Assembly: GCA_050575255.1 (NCBI GenBank)
Contig: JBNZDD010013398.1
Coordinates: 163,360 to 227,359, forward strand
Direction of reading: 5' to 3'
DNA: 64,000 nt
Origin: Harriotta raleighana
Taxonomy: Eukaryota
This document shows, piece by piece, positions 12,445 to 24,460 of this stretch (position 1 is its first letter; every line of letters starts with the position of its first letter). Below the pieces are notes generated by a model that ran no database searches, was not told the origin of the DNA, and saw only the letters and a program-made list of their open reading frames with translations. The translations under genes were made by a program, and so were the position numbers.

Positions 12445-14883
12445 ATGGCGATTGCGCTCAGCAGAGGGATTGTTATCACGCTCCTGTTTCTGCTCCCGGA
12501 GCTGGTAATCGGACAAATTCGCTACTCAATTCCCGAGGAACAGGAGCGGGGATCTTTTGTTGGGAACATCGCCGAAGACTTGGGATTGAACGTTCGGCAG
12601 TTGTTCGCTCGCAAGTTCCGCCTGGTCTCTGACAAGGAGAAGCGTTACATGGAGGTAAACTTAGAAAATGGCATTGCATTTGTCAGTCAAAGAATCGACA
12701 GGGAACAGCTCTGTGGACAGAGCCCGATCTGTTTCATTTCTTTGGAAGTTGTGGTACAAAATCCTTTGGAAACATACTACGTTGAAGTGGAGATCACAGA
12801 TATAAACGACAATTCTCCGAGTTTTCCGAGGGGTGTGTTTTCCGTGCAAGTGTTTGAATTGACAGCGCCAGGGGCGCGGTTTCCTCTCAAGAGCGCTCAC
12901 GATCCGGATACAGGAACCAACGCAGTCCATACTTATCAAATCAGCTCCAACGATTACTTTGGCCTAAAAATGCAGAGCAGAAGCGACGGCGTAAAAATTG
13001 CCGAGTTATTACTGGAGAAGCCTTTAGACCGCGAACAACAGTCAAGATTTCAGATGGTGCTAACGGCCATTGATGGTGGGATACCACCGAGATCTGGCAC
13101 AGCTCAGATTGTAATCACTGTACTGGACGCCAATGACAATGCCCCTGTATTCGGTCAGGATATATACAGAACTAACGTGGTGGAAAACGCACCGGTTGGT
13201 ACCCGGGTGATGCAAATCCACGCGGTTGATTCGGACGAAGGGCAGAACGCGGAGGTAAGATATTCTTTCAGTAATCATGCTTCCCAAAGGGTCAGCGAGC
13301 TGTTCAAACTGGACCCCGAAACCGGAGAGATTACCGTTAAAGGTTTGCTGGATTTTGAGGAATCTGATATTTACGAGCTCGACGTACAAGCGGTAGATAA
13401 TGGCCCACACACCTTGGTAAGTCATGCCCAGGTTTTGGTCACTATAAATGACTTGAACGACAATGCGCCCGAGATTAAATTGACGTCAGTGTCGAGTGTG
13501 ATCCCTGAAGATTCTGGGCTGGGAACTGTGTTGGCTGTCATCAGTGTCGAGGATCAAGATTCCGGAGAAAATGGACACGTCCATTGCCAAGTTCCTACGA
13601 ACATCCCGTTTAAAATTCAAACATCTTCGAAGAGCAAATATCAATTGGTTACCAGTGGTGCTCTCGACCGCGAAACACATCCCTGGTTCAACATCTCCAT
13701 CTCATCTTGGGATTCGGGCATTCCCCCCCTTTCAACCAATAAAACAATCTTGGTGTCAGTTTCCGATGTAAATGACAATGCTCCACTCTTCACGCAATCC
13801 TCCTACAATGTTTATCTGATGGAGAACAATGCCCCAGGCGCCTCCATATCTGCTGTAACAGCCGCAGACCCTGATATGGATCAGAATGGCCAAGTCTCCT
13901 ATTCGGTTCTGGAAGAGAGCCATATACTAGGTGTATCTCCTTACGTTACTATCAACTCCCAAAGTGGGACTATTTACGCACTGCGTTCCTTTGACTACGA
14001 ACAACTAAAACGTTTCGAGATCAAAGTCAAAGCCAAGGATGGTGGGGTTCCTCCAACGAGCAGCAGCGCTGTGGTCAATGTTATTATCCTGGATCAGAAT
14101 GATAACGCTCCGGTTGTCGTCTCGCCTGTCACATGGAACGCCTCAGCCGCCGTGAAAATCGCATTTCGGTCAACCCATCCGGGTCACTTGATCGCCAAGG
14201 TGTCGGCCGCTGACGCAGATTCCGGTCAGAACGCCCGTCTCTCCTACCAGCTTATTGACGCCACCGACCGCAGTCTGTTCCGCCTGGAACGCCTCACCGG
14301 AGAGGTCAGGACCTTGCGAAAGGTCACGGAACGGGATGGTCCTACACAACGTCTGATCATCCTGATCATGGACAACGGACAACCGAGCATGTCATGCACC
14401 ACCACTGTACTATTTGCAATCCTGCCCAATGTGACTGATACTTCACCTGAACGCAGTGACCAGCCCGGAATCCCTCAACATTTCTCAGACCTAAATTTTT
14501 ATTTAATTATTATTTTAGCGTCCACTTCCTTGGTATTTCTCGTAACTATTATTTTTCTGGTTGCCGTGAAGTGTCACCAAGACAGAGATATCACCCGAAG
14601 CAAGAACTACACGACTTGGTGCTTCGGGAGCAGATTTTCCAGTGATGTTGCGAATCGCAGATCCGCACCAATAGGACTTCCCCACTTCTCCGGAGTGAGT
14701 CAAGAAAGCTCCCAACGCGAAGCTTACAATTTCAGGGTTCCTTTATCTCCAGAACCAACCACGACTGAATTTCTCTTTCTGCAGCCGTGTAATGCAACCC
14801 TGCCCTTCAATGATATCAATGTTAACGACAAGAATTTGACAAAATCCATCACAGACTCAATCCGTGGAAGTGGTGCGTACTAA
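12445..14883 (+). CDS. Clustered protocadherin variable-type exon (6 EC + TM + tail)
   Basis: ORF 12400-14883; likely start aacATGGCG at 12445; signal peptide, QIRYSIPEE, DINDN/LDRE/DxD repeats, TM, cytoplasmic tail. Confidence 0.95.
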   Translation: MAIALSRGIVITLLFLLPELVIGQIRYSIPEEQERGSFVGNIAEDLGLNVRQLFARKFRLVSDKEKRYMEVNLENGIAFVSQRIDREQLCGQSPICFISLEVVVQNPLETYYVEVEITDINDNSPSFPRGVFSVQVFELTAPGARFPLKSAHDPDTGTNAVHTYQISSNDYFGLKMQSRSDGVKIAELLLEKPLDREQQSRFQMVLTAIDGGIPPRSGTAQIVITVLDANDNAPVFGQDIYRTNVVENAPVGTRVMQIHAVDSDEGQNAEVRYSFSNHASQRVSELFKLDPETGEITVKGLLDFEESDIYELDVQAVDNGPHTLVSHAQVLVTINDLNDNAPEIKLTSVSSVIPEDSGLGTVLAVISVEDQDSGENGHVHCQVPTNIPFKIQTSSKSKYQLVTSGALDRETHPWFNISISSWDSGIPPLSTNKTILVSVSDVNDNAPLFTQSSYNVYLMENNAPGASISAVTAADPDMDQNGQVSYSVLEESHILGVSPYVTINSQSGTIYALRSFDYEQLKRFEIKVKAKDGGVPPTSSSAVVNVIILDQNDNAPVVVSPVTWNASAAVKIAFRSTHPGHLIAKVSAADADSGQNARLSYQLIDATDRSLFRLERLTGEVRTLRKVTERDGPTQRLIILIMDNGQPSMSCTTTVLFAILPNVTDTSPERSDQPGIPQHFSDLNFYLIIILASTSLVFLVTIIFLVAVKCHQDRDITRSKNYTTWCFGSRFSSDVANRRSAPIGLPHFSGVSQESSQREAYNFRVPLSPEPTTTEFLFLQPCNATLPFNDINVNDKNLTKSITDSIRGSGAY

Positions 14884-15838
14884 TTAACCAATCTGTGTGC
14901 AGGGTTACGTTAACCCTATTTCTATGGCCATGTGAAGTGAAAATTTCACGTGCAAATTTCGAAATATTGAAGAATTGCTAAAAAAAAATATATACAATGG
15001 TTTCAATTGACCGCATCTTTAAACGCCATGTTTTTGGAGGGTGCAATTAATCAATTAACATTAACATCAACGTTTTCAGTATATTTAATGGATCTTAGGC
15101 TGGATTGTACGCTTGTCCAAAATGGATGTTTTCACGGATGGTTTTAAGTTCCCCTGCACAATTAGATGCAACAGTTCTTGCAAGTGAATACTGCATTTGC
15201 TTTCACATTCGATTGTGGTGGATCTGCTTCTTTTCATAATTTTTTTCTCTGACAATATGGTGGTAACACGTGGATTTGCAGATTTGCAAGTGCGTATTTG
15301 GAATATATCTGCCGAAGAAAACTTTTTCAAAGTTTATGGGATCCCATTGAAATTTTATAGACTGAGTTATTTGCACTGGCATGTAAACGCACGATCAAAC
15401 ATAAAACTGTCAGATAATGTCTGCTGAAATCTGCATCAAAATAAGGAATTCGTTTGGCTTTCAGTTGTGATAAGCTTTCAGCGAATAACACGTGTTACAC
15501 ACCAGATATCCTAACTGAGGCATTTCAAATTCATGCGTAATAGTTAAACCCATTCCAGTTAGCCCAATTTTGTAATAAGTATATTGATTTACTTTAACAC
15601 CCTTCCATCATTCCTAATCCACAAATATAATGGTAGTGAATCAAAAAAAGGATACTTTGAGATATTTTAGGCATAAGGATTAATGTGTTTGTGTGTTTTT
15701 CTAAAGTTAAAATGGATAATTATAAAGGAAACGATCGTTTAAAGCAGGAGGGTATTTTTGGTTGCTCAACAATAAATGGCGTGGCTCACATTGGAAACCA
15801 CGACTTTTGGGAAACATTCTCGCTTTAAGAAAGCTCAA

Positions 15839-15880
15839 TGCAGTTATTGGCCGACATTCCCAGTGCCGCTGTCCACCAAT
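15839..15880 (+). promoter_or_regulatory. CSE (CTCF site, CGCT box) with flanking ATTGG/CCAAT
   Basis: tgcagttattggccgacattcccagtgccgctgtccaccaat, 303 bp before ATG. Confidence 0.85.
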
Positions 15881-16141
15881 AAGGAGCTGAAATACGCCCT
15901 GGAGATCTATCACCCCTCCCTCTTCATCAGACGCAGGACAGAATCAAAGAGAAAGCTGAGCAGTGACTGCGTTTGCAGTTTCTGGTCCAGATCAAGGGGG
16001 AGAAGCACGGTTGTTTAATTCTAACACTTAATTTAAAATCATCGATGTGATATGTTTCAGACAGTGTGTTGCTGGGCTAAAGCACCGAGGTAAGACAGAA
16101 AAGAAGTCTGTATATTTGTGTTCAGATTGAATCCAGTACTA

Positions 16142-18565
16142 ATGGCGACTCCAGGGAGAGGCTGGGTATTGTCCCAGAAGATCCAACATTTTATTGTTCT
16201 GCTCTATATCTCGTACGTGATTTCTGCACAAATTCGCTACTCTATCCCGGAGGAAATGAAGGCTCGCTCAGTTATCGGAAACATCGCCGAGGATTTGGGA
16301 CTTGAGAAACGGGAGCTGCCTGCTCGGAAATGTCGCCTTGTCTTCGATAACGGAAAACAGTACATGGAGGTAAACCCGGAGAATGGGATTTTATTTGTGA
16401 ATGAAAGAATCGACAGAGAGCGGCTTTGTGGCGAGAGCTCGACTTGTTTCATCTCCTTTGAAGTCCTGATGCAAAACCCTTTGGAAATGTATCGCATTGA
16501 GGTAGAGATCTTAGACATCAATGACAATTCTCCTAGTTTTCCAGAAAGTGGGTTCGCCTTACGCGTCGCCGAGAACATTGCGCCGGGAGCGCGCTTCCCT
16601 CTCGAGAGCGCGCACGACCCAGACGTGGGCGCCAACACAGTCAGCACTTATCAGATCAGCGAGAACTATTTCTTTGGCCTTAAAGTACAGACGAGAAGCG
16701 GCGGTATGAAGGTTGTCGAGTTGCTACTGGAGAAGCCTTTAGACCGGGAAGAGCAGTCTACAATTCAGCTTGTGCTGACGGCTGTTGACGGAGGGAACCC
16801 TCAAAGAACCGGCAAAGCCTCGGTCACTATATCGGTATTGGACAACAACGACAATATGCCAATCTTTGATCACGAGGTTTACAAAGTGAGTTTGACAGAA
16901 AACGCGCCAGCTGGGACCTTTGTCATCAAGGTTAACGCCGTGGATTCAGACGAAGGAACAAACGCCGAGGTGACATATTCGTTTAGCAACCGTGCCTCGT
17001 TACATGTCCGGGAATTGTTCAGTTTGGATTCCAAATCGGGAGAGATTACAGTCGAAGGCGTGTTGGATTTTGAGAAATCACCTGTATACGAACTCGATGT
17101 ACAAGCTGTGGACCAAGGCAGTCCGCCGATGGCAGGACATGCCAGCGTTCAACTCCGACTGATTGATATCAATGATAATGCTCCCAATATACAGCTCACC
17201 TCAGTGTCCAGCAGCGTACAGGAAGATGCTGCGCCAGGCACTGTGATAGCTATGATCAGTGTAACAGACGCGGATTCCGGACTCAATGCACAGGTTAACT
17301 GCCAATTTTCTACGAATATACCGTTTAAATTGCAGAAACTGCTAGGCAACCAGTTCAAATTAGTTACAAGCAACAGACTGGATCGTGAAAAGCTTCATGC
17401 GTATAATATATCCATATTAGCCTGGGACTCGGGATCGCCCCCTCTTTCGTCCAATAAAACTGTGTTAGTGACAGTGTCTGATATCAATGACAACGTGCCC
17501 CGGTTTAACCAGCCCTCATATACCGCATATGTGATGGAGAATAACGCTCCGGGTGACTCGATTCTATCAGTTACAGCTTTGGATGCTGATTCAGCCCAGA
17601 ATTCCTACGTCTCCTATTCCATCCTAGTGAATAAGGTACATTATGTGTCGTCATTTTCTTACGTTAACGTTGACTCCAAAAGTGGGAACGTTTACGCGCT
17701 GGGATCCTTTGATTACGAGCAGCTCAAAAACTTTCAACTCCAAATCCAGGCGAGGGATTCCGGGTCCCCGCCACTGAGCAGCAGCGCCGCAGTCAATGTG
17801 ATTATATTGGATCAAAATGACAACGCTCCAGTGGTGGTTTCCCCTGTAACCCGGAACGGATCAGCAACGGTGGATCCGGTGCCTCAGTCGGCACCTGTAG
17901 GATACTTGGTGACCAAGGTAATGGCGACTGATGCTGATTCTGGTCAGAACGCACGGCTTTCATACCAACTGCTTAAAGCTACTGATCCCACTTTGTTCAG
18001 CGTGGGGCGCAACTCTGGAGAGATCAGAGTAATCAGTGATATATTGGGCAAAGATGGAACCAAACAAAGTCTCGTCGTGTTGATAAGGGACAATGGAGTA
18101 CCCAGCCTTTCCGCCACTGTGACTGTCATTGTTTTAATCATGGCCAACGTTACCAGACACGAGTTTGAACACAGCAACCTTCTCCCACAGTCTGATGATT
18201 TCTCTGATTTAAATCTGTACTTAATCATCACATTCGCCTCAACTTCGTTTGTGTTTCTCTTGACTATCGTGGTCCTCGTTGCCATCAAATGCCACCAAGA
18301 TCACAGCTTCGCTGATGGATACACGTCCGAATTCTGTTGTTGCAGATGGAGAGATTCACCCGAATCTTTCACTGGGAGATCCGCACAAAGAGAGTCCTTA
18401 AATTACGACGGCGTTATGCAAAGTGCCCCCATTCCCGGAAGTTACAGTTACAGATATTGTCTATCGCCCGAATCAGCCAAAACCGACTTCCTGTTTCTAA
18501 AGGCTTGTAATTCCTCTTTGCCGCAGAATACGCTCAGGATAACTGACAGTAATACGAGTAAATGA
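16142..18565 (+). CDS. Clustered protocadherin variable-type exon
   Basis: ORF 16118-18565, first ATG 16142; six cadherin repeats, TM, YSYRYCLSPESAKTDFLFLK tail. Confidence 0.95.
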   Translation: MATPGRGWVLSQKIQHFIVLLYISYVISAQIRYSIPEEMKARSVIGNIAEDLGLEKRELPARKCRLVFDNGKQYMEVNPENGILFVNERIDRERLCGESSTCFISFEVLMQNPLEMYRIEVEILDINDNSPSFPESGFALRVAENIAPGARFPLESAHDPDVGANTVSTYQISENYFFGLKVQTRSGGMKVVELLLEKPLDREEQSTIQLVLTAVDGGNPQRTGKASVTISVLDNNDNMPIFDHEVYKVSLTENAPAGTFVIKVNAVDSDEGTNAEVTYSFSNRASLHVRELFSLDSKSGEITVEGVLDFEKSPVYELDVQAVDQGSPPMAGHASVQLRLIDINDNAPNIQLTSVSSSVQEDAAPGTVIAMISVTDADSGLNAQVNCQFSTNIPFKLQKLLGNQFKLVTSNRLDREKLHAYNISILAWDSGSPPLSSNKTVLVTVSDINDNVPRFNQPSYTAYVMENNAPGDSILSVTALDADSAQNSYVSYSILVNKVHYVSSFSYVNVDSKSGNVYALGSFDYEQLKNFQLQIQARDSGSPPLSSSAAVNVIILDQNDNAPVVVSPVTRNGSATVDPVPQSAPVGYLVTKVMATDADSGQNARLSYQLLKATDPTLFSVGRNSGEIRVISDILGKDGTKQSLVVLIRDNGVPSLSATVTVIVLIMANVTRHEFEHSNLLPQSDDFSDLNLYLIITFASTSFVFLLTIVVLVAIKCHQDHSFADGYTSEFCCCRWRDSPESFTGRSAQRESLNYDGVMQSAPIPGSYSYRYCLSPESAKTDFLFLKACNSSLPQNTLRITDSNTSK

Positions 18566-20441
18566 AATTGTTCGTGAAGGCAGTGCAGTGAATAGTAGAC
18601 AAGTTTCATCTTACAGAAGGTGAGACGCTTCATTGAAAGAAATTGCACGGACATATTCAGTAAGGGTGGAATCTCACTTTCTGGGGTTAAAATAAAGACA
18701 AGATTATTTGGTGGTGAATTCAGTGTTTATCTAGTTGGAAATGCTGATGCTGAGAAATTGAGTTTGAGTTAATTTGGGCCCAGACTGTTAACATCATGTC
18801 AAAGAAATGCACTTCAGTTACCCACCTCATTGTATTCAATTGAACTTCAAAATTGTTCCTGAAGTTTGGATCCTCACTTCAATATTTCACACTTGTTTAA
18901 CATTTAAAATTTCCTAACACATTCACATCACATTCTTAGACGAATTCCAACCCAGGTCGAAATCCCGTGGTGCTTCCTCAATATGCAACTACGAATTATA
19001 AGTCCTCTGCATGAGTGTTTGGTGTCAGCCACCTGTCCACAGTTCAATTGAGGTCATGACTTGCATGGCAGTTGTTTGTTCTGACTTCTTTGATATAATT
19101 TATCTGTTAAATAAAAAAAGTAGGTACTCTAGTTGGTTTCATATTGTTTGTGGGGGTTAGTACATTGCACCAAAAATACCCTTTGATATTTAGCGTTTTA
19201 CACAAAATATTCCCCAAGATTTGAGTTTTGCGCAGAGTTTGGTACTAACACTATGTTCAATGATCCCTCACCCTAGAGGAATGAATACATTGGAAGACAA
19301 GGAACGTATACTTGAACCCATTCTGCCATTCTAATAGATCATTGCATTGAAATATATTCCAAAATATGCTATTCAGTCCTCGCTAATTATTGAATATATT
19401 TTGACCTATTTTATCTGTCTATTACCTTACCATCAATTTGTTTCATATGTTTTGGAACCATTATTTTGCATGTGAATTTCTTCACATTTTGAATAAATTG
19501 GAACGTTAACCAAAAGAACGTCTGATTTTGTGTAATCTTTAGGTCTTTTTCCACCTCAACTTATGACATGGTACAATAATATTCAGTAACATTCGCAATG
19601 ACAATGCGGGTGGGTGGCAAAACTTTGATGAAAATAACAGATTTTAAAGGTAATTCGATAAATTGTTGAAAAGAGAATCATTTATAAGTGCCGAGGGACT
19701 GAGCAGGAAAGCGCCCCGAAATAATATCTTTATTGAATAGCCAGTACCTTCAAAATGTGCTATAGGGCTCTCATTTGTGGTTCGAATTTCCACAGTGTTT
19801 AGTTGCAAAACTTGCCATGAGGAATGATAAAAACAGAATTACGCGCGGGAATCAACTAAAACGCCTAGTTTCCAAATTCAAAAATTGTATGGATGGATTT
19901 GAAAGCAGACGATTGTAAACGAAAGTAAGCTGTTGGTTTCAGCTTCACTATAATGGAACGCAAACATCGTTGCTAATGTAGTACAACGTTGAATTCATCC
20001 CTTTTCCGAGATGTTAAAGAAATAATAATATTCATTAGATTTTGTATAGCGCCTTTTATGTCAGGAGGACAACCCAAAATGCTCCCCATGATATACTGTA
20101 ACGCGGAAACAAATATGTAGGCTTTGGTTGGCAAGTAATAAAACAATCTTACAGCTTTACAAATCGAAAGGTGAACGAACCAAAAATACATAGGAACCGG
20201 GAACTGACCATAATGGCACTGAAGCAGAGGGTTTCCTAAAATAATTCCGTAGAAGGACATATACTAAGTTTTTCATTTATTTTATGCATTCGAATGATGG
20301 TAATACATAAGCAAACATGATTCAATCAATCAGAATGCCTTGGTGTGTGCCGTATGATATTTGGGTTGCTCAACAATAAATAGCGTGGCTCTTGGCGGAC
20401 ATCAATTCATAAGAAGCTGCCTCGCTTTAAGTAAAGCTCAG

Positions 20442-20483
20442 TGCAGTTATTGGACGAGACTCGTTGTGTCGCTGTCTACCAAT
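20442..20483 (+). promoter_or_regulatory. CSE promoter element
   Basis: tgcagttattggacgagactcgttgtgtcgctgtctaccaat. Confidence 0.88.
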
Positions 20484-20721
20484 AAGGAACGAAAGCTTTG
20501 CAAGCGATCTCTCACTCCTCCCTCTTTACCAGACACGGAGCAGAAGAACAGAGAAAGCTGCGCATTGCCTGTGTTTGCAGTACGGGGCCATGTTCTGAAA
20601 GATCCAGGTCGCGTATTTAGATTTCTAGGTATAAATTCCGCATTTACAGACATAATTTCTTGTGGATCCAACCAGTTAACTGAAGAGGAAGCGGTAGCGT
20701 TTTCTGTGATTGAAATCAACA

Positions 20722-23196
20722 ATGGCGAATCCACGGAGCTGCTGGTTGTTAACGTGGAAGGTCGCGCGTTTCGTCATGTTGCTTTGTGTGGCGGACCTGA
20801 CAACTGGACAGATTCGTTACTCTATTCCCGAGGAATTGGAGCTGGGTGCTTTCGTTGGGAATGTGGTTGAAGATTTGGGATTGAAGATTCAGGAGCTGTC
20901 GAGGCGGAAATGCCGTCTGGTCTCCGACAAAAGAAAGCAGTATCTGGAGGTAAAAATGGAGAATGGAATCTTATTTGTGAATCAAAGGATAGACAGGGAG
21001 CAGCTCTGTGGGCAGGGCTCTGCTTGTTCTCTCTCCTTTGAGGTAATTGTTGAAAGCCCTTTGGAAATGTTTCATGTTAACGTGGAGGTACTAGATATAA
21101 ATGATAATTCACCCATCTTCCCCAGCAGCGTTTTTCCTTTGCAAATCGCGGAGTCAATGGCTCCAGGAGCTCGCTTTCCCCTTGAGAGTGCGCAAGACGC
21201 GGACACGGGCAAAAACGCTGTCAGCAATTATCAGATCAGTGCAAACAATCACTTCAGCCTGAAAGTACAGACAAGGAGCGGAGGCACTAAAGTTCCCGTG
21301 TTAGTCTTGGAGAAACAATTGGACCGCGAGCAGCAGTCAGTCTTTGAGCTGCTCCTAACAGCCTTTGATGGTGGAAATCCGGAAAGATCGGGCAGCGCTG
21401 AAATCACTATCACTGTATTGGACATCAATGACAACGCGCCTGTCTTTGATCGCGAATCGTACAGAGCCAATTTATTGGAAAATTCGCCCAATGGAACATT
21501 GGTGATCAAGGTGAACGCCGCTGATTTGGACGAGGGCGCAAATGGTGAAGTGAAATATTCATTCAGCAAACGTGCCTCGCAACATGTGCGAGAATTATTC
21601 AGCTTGGATGTGAACACTGGAGAGATTCGAGTTCAAGGCGAGCTGGATTTTGAAGAGTCAAACGTGCATGAACTTGATATACAAGCTATGGACAACGGCA
21701 CACCTGCAATGGTAGGACATTCGAGTGTTCTAGTTGCCCTAACCGACTTGAACGATAACGTGCCAAAGGTACACCTAACCTCCATGTCCAGCTCCGTCCG
21801 TGAAGACGTTGTATCCGGTACTGTAATAGCTGTGATCAGTGTAACGGACAAAGATTCGGCAAAAAATGGTCAGGTGAATTGTCAGATTACCAAGAATATT
21901 CCATTTGAACTCCAAAAATCTTCCGAGAACCAATACAAATTAGTTACCAGCGGCATTCTAGACCGTGAAACGGTCCCTGTATATGATATTTGTATATCGG
22001 CCTGGGATTCAGGCTCCCCACCTCTTTCTACCAACACAACAATCAATGTATTAGTATCTGATATCAATGACAACGCGCCCCGCTTTGACCAGCCCTCATA
22101 CACCGCATATGTGATGGAGAATAACGCTCCGGGTGACTCGATTCTATCAGTTACAGCTTTGGATCCTGATTCAGACCAGAATTCCTACGTCTCCTATTCC
22201 ATCCTAGAAAATAAGGTACATTATGTTTCGTCGTTTCCTTACGTTAGCGTTGACTCCAAAAGTGGGAACGTTTACGCGCTGGGATCCTTTGATTACGAGC
22301 AGCTCAAAAACATTCAGCTCCAAGTCCAGGCGCGGGATTCCGGATCCCCGCCACTGAGCAGCAGCGCCGCAGTCAATGTGATTATATTGGATCAAAATGA
22401 CAACGCTCCCGTGGTGGTTTCCCCTGTAACCCGGAACGGATCAGCAACGGTGGATCCGGTGCCTCAGTCGGCACCTGTAGGATACTTGGTGACCAAGGTA
22501 ATGGCGACTGATGCTGATTCTGGTCAGAACGCACGGCTTTCATACCAACTGCTTAAAGCTACTGATCCCACTTTGTTCAGCGTGGGGCGCAACTCTGGAG
22601 AGATCAGAGTAATCCGTGATTTATTGGGCCGAGATGGAAACAAACAAAGTCTCGTCGTCTTGGTAAGCGACAATGGACAACCCAGCCTTTCCGCCACTGT
22701 GACTGTCATTGTTTCAATCATGGCCAACGTTACCAGACGCGAATTCAAACATAGCAAACTTGACCCAAACTCTGAGGATTTCTCTGATCTAAATCTGTAC
22801 TTAATCATCACATTCGCCTCAACTTCGTTCGTGTTTCTTTTGACTATCGTGGTCCTCGTTGCCATCAAATGCCACCAAGATCACCGCGTTGCTGATGGAT
22901 ACACTTCTCAATTCTGCTGCTGCAGATGGATGGATTCAAGGGAATCTTTCGCTCGGAGATCTGTGCCACGCAATTCCCTGAATTACTCTGAGGGTATGGA
23001 AGGTGCCCCCATTCCCGGAAGCTACAATTACAGATTTTGCCTTTCTCCGGAGGCATCTAAAAGCGACTTCTTGTTCCTGAAGCCCTACAGTTCCACTTTA
23101 CACAAGAGTACACTCCGGATGACTGACCCACATGTGGTAAAGGACGTGGCCAGGAATTCACAGGAACCTGGTATTGGCAATCGGTTTCAGTCATAG
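20722..23196 (+). CDS. Clustered protocadherin variable-type exon
   Basis: ORF 20710-23196, ATG 20722 (MANPRS); full 6-EC/TM architecture. Confidence 0.95.
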   Translation: MANPRSCWLLTWKVARFVMLLCVADLTTGQIRYSIPEELELGAFVGNVVEDLGLKIQELSRRKCRLVSDKRKQYLEVKMENGILFVNQRIDREQLCGQGSACSLSFEVIVESPLEMFHVNVEVLDINDNSPIFPSSVFPLQIAESMAPGARFPLESAQDADTGKNAVSNYQISANNHFSLKVQTRSGGTKVPVLVLEKQLDREQQSVFELLLTAFDGGNPERSGSAEITITVLDINDNAPVFDRESYRANLLENSPNGTLVIKVNAADLDEGANGEVKYSFSKRASQHVRELFSLDVNTGEIRVQGELDFEESNVHELDIQAMDNGTPAMVGHSSVLVALTDLNDNVPKVHLTSMSSSVREDVVSGTVIAVISVTDKDSAKNGQVNCQITKNIPFELQKSSENQYKLVTSGILDRETVPVYDICISAWDSGSPPLSTNTTINVLVSDINDNAPRFDQPSYTAYVMENNAPGDSILSVTALDPDSDQNSYVSYSILENKVHYVSSFPYVSVDSKSGNVYALGSFDYEQLKNIQLQVQARDSGSPPLSSSAAVNVIILDQNDNAPVVVSPVTRNGSATVDPVPQSAPVGYLVTKVMATDADSGQNARLSYQLLKATDPTLFSVGRNSGEIRVIRDLLGRDGNKQSLVVLVSDNGQPSLSATVTVIVSIMANVTRREFKHSKLDPNSEDFSDLNLYLIITFASTSFVFLLTIVVLVAIKCHQDHRVADGYTSQFCCCRWMDSRESFARRSVPRNSLNYSEGMEGAPIPGSYNYRFCLSPEASKSDFLFLKPYSSTLHKSTLRMTDPHVVKDVARNSQEPGIGNRFQS

Positions 23197-23995
23197 CGTG
23201 AGTTTGAAATTAATATAATATTATTTTACTCTCATCGTGTTTCTTATTATATGAAAGGTGCTATGCATATGTAATTTTGTTGTTGTCTTGAATCCATTCC
23301 AAAATATTTGTGCGTTTTAGTAGGATCTAAATTTGTCAGGTTTCTTACATCAAACATAGCTAAACATCATAATGTGGGTGCACCTGAACTTATTCGTTGA
23401 CTATCCTATCGCTACCAGCGAGGTTATGTTTACAAGATAACTGCATTCTATCATGGTGCCTGATAGGTATATTTCACTACGTTCAACCGTTGTGTTCGCC
23501 TCAGTTTCACAATAGATACGAATGGAAACAGCACGATTTCCATATCAGTAGCATTCGTGTAAACTCAACATTGGTTTTGATTATTTGTATTTGCAGCTTA
23601 TATCTTTATTTTTGTTCAAAGGGCAGCGAAGCGTTTGGATTTTCAACTGAAGACACACCAGCCTGTACATATAGAATTGGACTGCAGCAATAACTAGTCA
23701 TTATTTTCGTCTGAAGGCTCTGTAAACTATAACGAGAGGAGAGGTGGCAAACTTTTATTGTTGAATTGCATGAATGATTTAACCTCCATAAATACAAAAT
23801 GAAAATCTCATCTAAGGAGACGGTTTGGCACTGCATGTGTTTTTGTTTAAAAAAAATTCGTAGGCTGTTAGTTGCAGTTATATTTTTGCTGCAGATTTAT
23901 ATGTTTATAAAGTGTGAATTAAAACGTAGACAGAAGGACAATAATTCTGATAGATCTGTGTAGGTTTGTCGAGGTAAGTGCAACAAATCTGTGCG

Positions 23996-24225
23996 GTCAC
24001 TAAATCAGTCGATTTGGACACAGATTTTGGCCAGATCGCATATTATTCCTAGCAGCTGATTGATACCGCAGCCCCCCGTCCACACTCTTTATTGTGGGTG
24101 TCACTGGAGAAATCAGAACAGTGGAACAAAGACAACAAGACACAAGGCCTGGTCATGTTAGTGAAGGATAATGAAAAATTCACCCTGTCCACCACTGGCA
24201 AAATACATTACTCCCTGTCACTGAA
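23996..24225 (+). pseudogene. Isolated protocadherin EC6 relic
   Basis: gtcactaaa...gacacagattttggccagatcgca...cagctgattgat...actggagaaatcagaaca...TQGLVMLVKDNEKFTLSTT, cf. VTK..DADSGQNARLSYQL..TGEIRT..TQSLVILVKDNGQPSLSST. Confidence 0.75.
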
Positions 24226-24304
24226 AATACCGTTGAGTAAATTGATGAATTCAGTAAAGCCATTTGGCCTATTGTAGCAACTTTTAAAACCTGTAATAAT
24301 CTAA

Positions 24305-24460
24305 TAATTAGAATAATCCTTGCAGTTGATATAGTATCTTCCGTTTTGCGTCGATGAGGCGTCTGAAAGCGCTTCACTTAATATATTGTGCAGAAGATTG
24401 ACTGTGTTTTGTGGGAAAACATGCATCCAATTACGCACAGCAGTATTCCACAAACAATCG
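24305..24460 (-). mobile_element. Degenerate SINE fragment
   Basis: Reverse complement of aagcgcttcac...gattgactgt...aattacgcacagcagt...ccacaaaca matches 3470-3560. Confidence 0.6.

Noticed and set aside
19838-19885. Possible EC5 relic (ttacgcg...gaatcaactaaaacg)
   Set aside because: Too short and degenerate to distinguish from chance
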